A stretch of 34,188 nucleotides of DNA from a virus (lineage: Duplodnaviria > Caudoviricetes), in IMG/VR virus record IMGVR_UViG_3300042191_000021, positions 1 to 34,188 of that record. One strand, 5' to 3'. Position numbers and translations under genes: made by a program. Shown here in pieces: positions 8,010 to 15,118 of the stretch. Within the stretch, counting starts at the first letter, position 1. The number at the start of each line of letters is the position of its first letter. The notes below the pieces were generated by a model. It was not told where the DNA came from, searched no databases, and saw nothing but the letters and a program-made list of their open reading frames with translations.

Positions 8010-8200
8010 ACAGTCATTGGGGCAGGCTGATAACCAGCGTAGTGGTGGGGGTTGTTGCGGCGGCGCTCTTGTGGTTCGGTACCATCGCCGTTATCCTGCT
8101 CAACAACGTGGTTCCAGTCTGGCCGTTCGCCATCGTTGCGGCGAGTTTGGCCGCAGCCCTATACCTCGTTGATCTGTTGACCGAGGGAGAGAAGAAGTGA
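8006..8200 (+). CDS. small membrane protein (2 TM)
   Basis: Two long hydrophobic segments; coupled overlaps. Confidence 0.65.
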   Translation: MNSHWGRLITSVVVGVVAAALLWFGTIAVILLNNVVPVWPFAIVAASLAAALYLVDLLTEGEKK

Positions 8201-8535
8201 CTGGGTGCCAGCATCTCGATACTTGGTTCGACCGCACGCTCTGTGCTTGCGCTGCGCCGGACGACTACAACGGTGTCATGCACACCATCTGCGTGGATTG
8301 CGGCGCGATCTTAGGGCCAGACGGGGCTCGGCACCAAGCCTATCTCGATTCGATCCCCGACACGCTGCTGATGGACACGCCAGATGACCAAGAGCGACTG
8401 GCACTCGCCGTCCATGCTGTCGGCAGGGCTTGGTATCGAGAATCGGGAGAGATCGAAGATCGACACATTGAGTCCAACTCAGACCAACTCGCCGCCGAGA
8501 TCATGCGGGCGTTGCGAGCGGCAGAAACGATCTAG
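8197..8535 (+). CDS. hypothetical protein with Zn-binding N-terminus
   Basis: CQH...CAC...CVDCG. Confidence 0.6.
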   Translation: MTGCQHLDTWFDRTLCACAAPDDYNGVMHTICVDCGAILGPDGARHQAYLDSIPDTLLMDTPDDQERLALAVHAVGRAWYRESGEIEDRHIESNSDQLAAEIMRALRAAETI

Positions 8536-8951
8536 TGCCGTCCTTCACCCTTAGCATTCCCGCCGCGCCGCCGAGTGTCAACTCAAGTTACAAAATCGTG
8601 CGGGTGCCGCACAAAGGCGGCGGCTCTCATCAGCAACTAGCCAAGACCGAAGAGGCATGGGCCTTCCAGACTTATGTGGCGCTGCTATGCAAGAAGGCGC
8701 GGCCAGCCGACTTCGCGCCCTCTGGACAAATCAGGGTGCGACTGGCATTCTTCACAAAGCGCGCGACAGATGCCGACAACATGATGAAGATAACGCTGGA
8801 TGGTATCAAGTTCGGACTCGGAACAAAAGAGGGGCGCGGCGGCAAGGCAGTACCGCTGTACGACGACGCTTTATTCCTGCCATGCTGCGTAGCAAACGAG
8901 AGCGGCCACAAAGAGCCGAAAGTAGAAGTCGAGATCGAGTATGACGCATGA
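8535..8951 (+). CDS. rusA: RusA-family Holliday junction resolvase
   Basis: PPSVN...DADNMMKITLDGI...DD catalytic pattern. Confidence 0.85.
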   Translation: MPSFTLSIPAAPPSVNSSYKIVRVPHKGGGSHQQLAKTEEAWAFQTYVALLCKKARPADFAPSGQIRVRLAFFTKRATDADNMMKITLDGIKFGLGTKEGRGGKAVPLYDDALFLPCCVANESGHKEPKVEVEIEYDA

Positions 8952-9231
8952 GGTAGGGCATCTCAAACCCGTGAGTGGCGCCACTGAAAACCGACCGACG
9001 TGCTACTCCTGCCGTATGCGGGTTCGGCTTCCCCTGAAAGACCCGCCGAACGACTACAACCTCATCAACATCGACCGCTATCAACTCAAGGAACTTCGCA
9101 ATGTGGCCCACACCTTCGACACGCTGACCGGAGAACTGTCACCGCAAGAGAGAAAGGAGTATCAATTCTCAGCGGTGGACTTCATCGAATGGATGGCCGT
9201 GGATATTGCGTACCGGCACCCAAAAGAATGA
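8941..9231 (+). CDS. hypothetical protein
   Basis: Overlaps RusA stop; H...CYSC. Confidence 0.55.
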   Translation: MTHEVGHLKPVSGATENRPTCYSCRMRVRLPLKDPPNDYNLINIDRYQLKELRNVAHTFDTLTGELSPQERKEYQFSAVDFIEWMAVDIAYRHPKE

Positions 9232-9392
9232 CCGATCAAACCGACGAAGTGGAAGACTCTGCTCTACGTATTTTCAACGCAGATTCCGCAGCGACCCTAT
9301 ATGCCGAGAATCTCGCCGCCGAACAGTCCGACACGATTACAGACCATGTAGACACAGGAGATACCCATGTCAACGCCCCTAAAGTGGATTGA
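9228..9392 (+). CDS. small acidic hypothetical protein
   Basis: ATGA overlap at 9228. Confidence 0.45.
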   Translation: MTDQTDEVEDSALRIFNADSAATLYAENLAAEQSDTITDHVDTGDTHVNAPKVD

Positions 9393-9534
9393 GGCGGCCA
9401 AACGCTATCAGCAGCAGCGTGAAGAGGAACGCAACGCGCGTCGCAAGACAGAGGCAAACGAAACGACGCTGGGCTACATCGTTGACACCAATGAGTTGTG
9501 CCCTGATTGCCAGCAAAAAATCATGCGGCCATGA
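9367..9534 (+). CDS. 55-aa protein with CPDC (not in ORF track)
   Basis: AGGAG SD; MSTPLKWIEAAKRY...LCPDCQQKIMRP*; ATGA overlap with 9531. Confidence 0.65.
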   Translation: MSTPLKWIEAAKRYQQQREEERNARRKTEANETTLGYIVDTNELCPDCQQKIMRP

Positions 9535-9722
9535 ACGATCTTGGCACGCGCATACGGTCTCGTATCCTTGAGTTGAATTACGACCTTGAGCGCCCCGATG
9601 GTAAGCAGCCGACTAGGAGGGATTCCGGCACAATCCTCTCCGTGCGGCTGGCAATCGAGGAATTCAGGCGCGAGGCGCTCCGCATCGTTGATGAAGAGCA
9701 GCACGAGAATTACCTCAAGTGA
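9531..9722 (+). CDS. hypothetical protein
   Basis: ATGA/GTGA overlaps. Confidence 0.55.
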   Translation: MNDLGTRIRSRILELNYDLERPDGKQPTRRDSGTILSVRLAIEEFRREALRIVDEEQHENYLK

Positions 9723-10138
9723 TCGCCGCCTTTGCCGCGAACCACTCCCTCGATGTCAGTCGCATCGCCATGCACTTGCTCGACCAGTTGTACGGGCTGC
9801 CCAATGCCACGATGATCTTGTTGCGGCGGCCCCGCGAAGGAATGCCGGGCGAGTTTGAGCAGACTGCGGCCAAGTTGGCCGATACCCTCGGCTTCGAGAT
9901 CGACTGGCGCGTGCCAGAGGAGGGTGGCCGAGCCGCCGTCATGGGGCGTAACATCCAGATGGCGCGTGATGCCAACACCATGATCTGCTACTTCGACCAC
10001 TACCCCGGCGACTTGACCGGCACCGGGCACTTGCTCGACAAAGCGATTGAAAACGACAAAGCCGTCGTCCGCGCATATTCCTGCGAAGACGACGGCATTC
10101 AGTTGGTAGGGAGTTGGGAGCCTGCGCTTGTGACATAA
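9719..10138 (+). CDS. SLOG-superfamily (YspA/DprA-like) protein
   Basis: GRAA.MGRNIQMARDA...F......GTGHLLDKA matches the RN..M / GT.H SLOG pattern; N-terminus divergent. Confidence 0.55.
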   Translation: MIAAFAANHSLDVSRIAMHLLDQLYGLPNATMILLRRPREGMPGEFEQTAAKLADTLGFEIDWRVPEEGGRAAVMGRNIQMARDANTMICYFDHYPGDLTGTGHLLDKAIENDKAVVRAYSCEDDGIQLVGSWEPALVT

Positions 10139-10139
10139 T
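10131..10139 (+). promoter_or_regulatory. extended -10 element, possibly for a leaderless transcript
   Basis: TGA-CATAAT with a 6-nt gap to GTG 10146; no SD. Confidence 0.45.
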
Positions 10140-10145
10140 CGGCTC

Positions 10146-10673
10146 GTGCAGTTATCAGTCGGGCAACGCCGCTACACCGCCCACCATATCCTGAGCCTCG
10201 CCCAAGAATGGCGCATGTCGATCCCGGTCCACATTCACGGCAAGGATGATAATGGTGCGATGCTCGGCAAGGACGGGGCGCCGAACTTCTCCGCCGAATT
10301 CCTGCATTGGATCGACTACTCGTGGTCGAAGAAGGGCCACAAGCCGACCGACGATCCGAAGGGCGGCAGCGTCTACCAGAAGACGCCGCAGCGCCAACGC
10401 ACGACGCGAGCCTTTCGCAAACTCCGCAAGCGTGCGCCGCGTGAATTCGATATTGCCTACCTACTGTGTGTCCTCGATCCGATCTCGGAGATCAATTGGG
10501 ATCAACGCGCCAAAGAGGGACGGCCATTCAGCGATGAGGACTTGGATGCGGCCATAGATCGCACGGCCCGCAAGATGAACGAGAAGTCTCGCCGCAAAGA
10601 AACCGAACACTACGACCGCGAGACCACCTTGTTTCTAGCGTGGAGCGCCGTAGACAAGTTATCGCGCTGGTAA
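10146..10673 (+). CDS. hypothetical protein, candidate transcription regulator
   Basis: Last gene of the early arm; basic helical C-terminal half. The function is a positional inference only. Confidence 0.6.
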   Translation: MQLSVGQRRYTAHHILSLAQEWRMSIPVHIHGKDDNGAMLGKDGAPNFSAEFLHWIDYSWSKKGHKPTDDPKGGSVYQKTPQRQRTTRAFRKLRKRAPREFDIAYLLCVLDPISEINWDQRAKEGRPFSDEDLDAAIDRTARKMNEKSRRKETEHYDRETTLFLAWSAVDKLSRW

Positions 10674-11936
10674 CTAGGCCGTGATCTGGATATTGATCTC
10701 CGCTGTTGCTACTGACCCATCGTCATAGGGGAAAATCACTACATAGTAGGTCCCAGCAGACAATGTCGCCGTGATACTTTCACTGTAATTGAATGGGTTG
10801 TCCGGGTCTGTTCCACTCGCACCCCAAGCAATGTAGTTAGCATTGATTGGTGATCCCGGCCCAAATAGATTCAGACCCATGTAGTCCTGCGAGCCAAGGG
10901 TATCGACTAGTACGGTATGGCTCGCAGACAAGGTGAACTTGATCCATCCTGTGTGATCGGTGGTAAATGAGTCAGTAGGGTCAGAGACCTCGTGGGTAAG
11001 CGAGGCGGCGCTGATAAAGGCACCCTTTACGGCTGTAGAGATACCCCAGTCCACCGCGCCCGCAATCGAGTCGCTGATGTAGATGGCCGAGTCACTGATC
11101 CATGCACGGGCACGAATGGCACCCTGCATGATGGCATCCGCAGTGAACGAGCCGGTGCGGATGATTCGTAGGTAGGCGTCGGCCAACAACGACCCAGATC
11201 GCGCGACCCTAAAGACCGCGTTGGCATATAGGCGTTGCAGGTTGTGTCGATAGCCTTGCTCTCGCGCAGTAATCCTAGCGTCGAGTTCGGCGAGGACCGC
11301 TTCCATGTTCTCGTCTTTGAGATAGACGCCAAAGGCTTGCGCGAGGATATGGTCTGAATCTCGGTCGAGGCCGGAGTGCTCGGTCCAGCGGTTATGCCGC
11401 ATCCGGTTGTAGACGATGTAGGAGTCGGCGCCAAACGAGCGGCTGGTGGTCTTTCTGAGGATCGCATCGGCGGTCTTGCTGCCGCTAGTCGTCTTGAGCA
11501 AGATGGCATTGGCCGCAAACGAAGACGAGGTAGTTTTGAGAAGAACCGAGTCAGCAGTAAACGAGTCTTCGATGGTCGGAAGAGTGATGTATGAGTCTGC
11601 CGTGAATGAGCCAGACTGTGCTTTGAATATAATCGCGTTGGCGGAGAACGAAGACAAGATCGTGTCGAGAAGAACCGAGTCGGCGGTGAATGAGCCACTG
11701 ACTGTCGTAATCGGAAGAGTAATGTAGGCATCGGCGGTGAATGAGCCGGACTGGGTCTTGAACAGAACGGCATCGGCGGTGAACGAGCCAGAGCCGCTAC
11801 TCTCGGCAAGCCCAAGGACGATATTCCCTAGTCGGCTGTCACTGGTTCCTAGTTTGCCGGTAAGTATTGTTGGCGATGACCCGGCATCAAAGGCATCTAC
11901 ATCAAATGTAGGAGTATCAAACGGGTTGGCGGGCAT
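10674..11936 (-). CDS. fibre-like virion protein with 14-aa repeats and a C-terminal PPC-like beta-sandwich
   Basis: About 12 SFTADA repeats; C-terminal WIKFTL...ESITATLSAGTYYVVI. Confidence 0.75.
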   Translation of the reverse strand: MPANPFDTPTFDVDAFDAGSSPTILTGKLGTSDSRLGNIVLGLAESSGSGSFTADAVLFKTQSGSFTADAYITLPITTVSGSFTADSVLLDTILSSFSANAIIFKAQSGSFTADSYITLPTIEDSFTADSVLLKTTSSSFAANAILLKTTSGSKTADAILRKTTSRSFGADSYIVYNRMRHNRWTEHSGLDRDSDHILAQAFGVYLKDENMEAVLAELDARITAREQGYRHNLQRLYANAVFRVARSGSLLADAYLRIIRTGSFTADAIMQGAIRARAWISDSAIYISDSIAGAVDWGISTAVKGAFISAASLTHEVSDPTDSFTTDHTGWIKFTLSASHTVLVDTLGSQDYMGLNLFGPGSPINANYIAWGASGTDPDNPFNYSESITATLSAGTYYVVIFPYDDGSVATAEINIQITA

Positions 11937-11983
11937 AATACCGCCTTCCCGGTCTTGCGACCCACGGTGTACGGGTGGTCATG

Positions 11984-12508
11984 TCAATCCACCGTATAGA
12001 GGCCGAAAGCCGCTCCGGCAATTACCCCAATCGTCGCGTCGTCGATCCGTTGGCAGAGGGTGTACTCCTGAGCAGTGGCAAGAGTGACGATATGCGTCCT
12101 AACTTGCAAAACGACGCCGATTCCGGTGGCTAGATCGGGAACTAGTTGTTGTGCGTTGGGGGTCATTGACGACCCACCAAGCAGGATCGAGAGGCCCCTA
12201 TAGTTACCAAGGGTTGACGCATCGAACCCAGCAGCACCGAATAGGATGGCTCGCCGCCCATTGAGTGCAGACGGGATAACGATCTTAGTCGGCGTACCGA
12301 TTGCCCAGCAGCCGTCAGTGTCCTCATCTTCTGTATCAAAACTGATTGGCTCAAAGGCCCCCGACGAGGATTGTGTCTGGCTTGTTGAGCGGCGAACCAA
12401 CGTCACAGATAGGCCACTAATATGATCCGCATTCCAGTCAGAGGCCCTGACCTGAGTAGCATCAGCGCCATCAGATTTGGCAGATGTAAAAGCGTGCGTG
12501 ATGGGCAT
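11984..12508 (-). CDS. putative receptor-binding/minor tail protein with a C1q/TNF-like head
   Basis: N-terminal THAFTSAKSDGAD...WNADH anchor-type motif; ISFDTEDEDTDG.W...TKIVIP..G pattern. Confidence 0.65.
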   Translation of the reverse strand: MPITHAFTSAKSDGADATQVRASDWNADHISGLSVTLVRRSTSQTQSSSGAFEPISFDTEDEDTDGCWAIGTPTKIVIPSALNGRRAILFGAAGFDASTLGNYRGLSILLGGSSMTPNAQQLVPDLATGIGVVLQVRTHIVTLATAQEYTLCQRIDDATIGVIAGAAFGLYTVD

Positions 12509-13180
12509 TTATGCCGCCCCCAACCTGACTACGTTGGTCTTGCGACCAAATCGCCCATCGGTCCCGATGCCGAATTGCACATTAGTCCCCTCGGAGGTGA
12601 ACTTGATTGTGATCGTCAGGTCGCCATCGGCGGTGTGCGTATAAAGACCGGCCATGTTTCTATACCCAGAGATGTTGTGTTGCCCGATACGATCAACATC
12701 GGTCGCGCCCTGTGCCTGTATGAACAGCGCCCCTCCGAGACCGGGGCCAGTGGTGCAATACGATCTACCCGTAATGAAGTAGACGCCTGCCTTAGCCCCA
12801 CTGATGACATGTGTGTGCAGGGTCGTTGTCGTTCCACTACCACCAGTGGTGGTGATCTGCGTATCGGTCGAGGCCGTCCATCCCTTAGTGCGTGTCTCCG
12901 CATCAAATATCCCTGCCGTCAACACATGCGTTACTGCCGCCGCATTAGAGTGGGAAGCAGCCGGGAATCGGGCCGACTCCTCTGCCTCGCGGGTAACGGT
13001 CCAGTCCTTGTTGCCGGTCCCACCAATGGCCGTGACCAGCATGAACTCATCGTCAATGCGGATGCGGAAGTTGGCCGTCAGCCCAGATGGCGGCGAGTCA
13101 TTCACCGACAAGGCCGTAACGGCTGAGTCTATGGCCCCATTCAGCGTGGTTGCGAAGTCGTTGACGAAAGTTTCAGCCAT
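12509..13180 (-). CDS. minor tail/fibre protein
   Basis: N-terminal TTLNGAI....T.L.V...RIDDE.M.VT...WTVTR...ASH..A.V domain common in tail proteins. Confidence 0.7.
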   Translation of the reverse strand: MAETFVNDFATTLNGAIDSAVTALSVNDSPPSGLTANFRIRIDDEFMLVTAIGGTGNKDWTVTREAEESARFPAASHSNAAAVTHVLTAGIFDAETRTKGWTASTDTQITTTGGSGTTTTLHTHVISGAKAGVYFITGRSYCTTGPGLGGALFIQAQGATDVDRIGQHNISGYRNMAGLYTHTADGDLTITIKFTSEGTNVQFGIGTDGRFGRKTNVVRLGAA

Positions 13181-13189
13181 GCTGCGCTC

Positions 13190-13519
13190 CTAGCAAGTAG
13201 CGTCGATAAGATAGGCGTTGGCAGTAAATGAACTGTCCACCGTAGCGTGCAGCGAAGCATCTGCGGTGAATGATCCCACTTGGCCCTGATGGATGTAGGC
13301 GTTGGCGGTCAGGGTATTGATTCGCAGGATATAGGCGTCCGCCGTAAACGACAGGACCACGCTGTCAGGATTGGCTTCGATAAAGGTGAGGCGGCTATCC
13401 AAATCGACTAGCACATCCTGAAGAACGGCGTATTGAGGGTAGCGGCCAATCGGAGCCGACAGGACGGCCGTGGTGGTGTCTTCTACTCCGAAGTGATCCA
13501 GAGTGCGGTCATGTGCCAT
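13190..13519 (-). CDS. small virion protein with a His-motif domain and four 14-aa-type repeats
   Basis: SFTADAYI/TLTANAYI/SFTADASL/SFTANAYL; N-terminus aligns to an internal part of 10674..11936. Confidence 0.75.
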   Translation of the reverse strand: MAHDRTLDHFGVEDTTTAVLSAPIGRYPQYAVLQDVLVDLDSRLTFIEANPDSVVLSFTADAYILRINTLTANAYIHQGQVGSFTADASLHATVDSSFTANAYLIDATC

Positions 13520-13534
13520 TTCGTGCCTCTGGGC

Positions 13535-15115
13535 CTACGTCGTTCGACAGAGAACGAAAATCGAGTCGGTCGCCACCGGAGCACTGGCAAAGGTGATCTC
13601 TCCCGCCACCGGATCAGAGGCGGTGTACTCGAAGTCGGGCCGCTGGAACAGTCTATTGAGATAGACTTCCTGCGTACCGTTGATGTAGCCGATGCCGTTC
13701 GGCAGATCGAAAACCGTCGTGGAGCCGTCAGGCGCAGGGGTCGGCGTGAACTGGCCGAACGAGCCATAGGCGGTCGAGGTCGAGGCATCGTTGGCCGTCG
13801 AGACCACGGTATCCAACAGACTGGTCTGCCTCTTGAGCAGATAGCGCCAGAAGGTGAACGGGTCGTTGGCTTGCAGACCGAAGATGCCGTCGAAACGGAA
13901 GTACGGCAGACCATCCGAGGTGGTCGGAACGGATATCTTGATCTGACGGAGCGGCAGTTGTAGCACGAGCCCTTGCGGGTGGTCGGCGTCGTGCAGCACA
14001 TACAGGATGAAGGTCACCAGATCGCCGGGCCGCAGATGGTCCTTGTTGCCACTCACCGTTGGAACATCATCGCTGAACCACGCCAGAGAGATGCGGAACT
14101 GTGGGTAGACCAGCCCACGACCGTTGGCGGGGTCCACACTATTGGGAGAACCCGACACGATCAGGTTGGAAAGAAGGTCCACTCCAGCCTGTGACTTGTA
14201 GAGCGGCTCACCGAACTTGGTAAAGGGAGCCTGCCAGCGACCATGCTTGGCGATGGCCGTCGCATTCTGAGAACGAGAGAAGACCGTTCCCCCCGCAGCC
14301 CCAGCGAAGAACGAGCCGCCCCACACGAAGGCATCATCAATGATGGCTGTCCCGTCCTCCACGATGTCAATCTCGCGGAATCCGTAGGTCCCACCTTGGA
14401 ATGAGGACGGACTGGCGGCGATCACCCGATTGTTGGGAACATCGGCGAATCCCCACTTCGCCTCTGAGTTTTCGACGGCTCGATAGACCAGTTGCTTGGA
14501 CGCATTGAAGTAGTAGATCGCGCCACAGATCAAGGCAAACTCGTCCATCTGGTCGCGGAGTTTGGTGCCCTGCTGCTTGTAGGCAAAGTACGGAGTATTC
14601 GGCTGATCCACGGCCGGGATGGGCTGGGCCACCCGCTCGACTAAAGTGGTCGTGTCGAATCCGGCTGGCATGTCCACAAAGTTGGCAAACAGATATTCGA
14701 TCAGCGTGTCGTCATACGAGTCGATGGGCTGCGTCGGAAGGTGCGAGAGGTAATCCGCCGTATTCCGCAGCACCAACTTGTCGAACAGGATGTTGTAATC
14801 CACGCCGCGCAGCGTCCAGATGCGCTGCTTGACCTGATCCGAGGTCGGCGTGACGGTGTCCACCACCGGGAAGGCAAACTTGCGGGTGATCTGCGTCACA
14901 TAGCCACCGAACATCAGTTCGCCATCGGTGGACATGGTGACTTCCTTGCCGGTCACGAACGAGAACACCTGATCGGGGTCCTTGACCTCGAACTCGAAGG
15001 TGCCCGGCACCGCCGACAACTGCGCCTCGAAGTTGACGGTATGGAAGATCACCGAGGTACTGACCTCAGAGCCGTCGTAGGTAATGCTAATCGTGCTCGG
15101 GAATGGTGATGGCAT
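13535..15115 (-). CDS. tail tip hub-like protein (paralog 2)
   Basis: Downstream of the TMP; FGGYVTQI...GVDYNILF; C-terminal DGSTTVF...VYLN...ITFASAP module. Confidence 0.75.
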   Translation of the reverse strand: MPSPFPSTISITYDGSEVSTSVIFHTVNFEAQLSAVPGTFEFEVKDPDQVFSFVTGKEVTMSTDGELMFGGYVTQITRKFAFPVVDTVTPTSDQVKQRIWTLRGVDYNILFDKLVLRNTADYLSHLPTQPIDSYDDTLIEYLFANFVDMPAGFDTTTLVERVAQPIPAVDQPNTPYFAYKQQGTKLRDQMDEFALICGAIYYFNASKQLVYRAVENSEAKWGFADVPNNRVIAASPSSFQGGTYGFREIDIVEDGTAIIDDAFVWGGSFFAGAAGGTVFSRSQNATAIAKHGRWQAPFTKFGEPLYKSQAGVDLLSNLIVSGSPNSVDPANGRGLVYPQFRISLAWFSDDVPTVSGNKDHLRPGDLVTFILYVLHDADHPQGLVLQLPLRQIKISVPTTSDGLPYFRFDGIFGLQANDPFTFWRYLLKRQTSLLDTVVSTANDASTSTAYGSFGQFTPTPAPDGSTTVFDLPNGIGYINGTQEVYLNRLFQRPDFEYTASDPVAGEITFASAPVATDSIFVLCRTT

Positions 15116-15118
15116 CTC

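Noticed and set aside
11937-11983. GGTC-GCAA-GACC tetraloop hairpin in a short intergenic gap
   Set aside because: Only a 4-bp core stem, with no U tract or other support.
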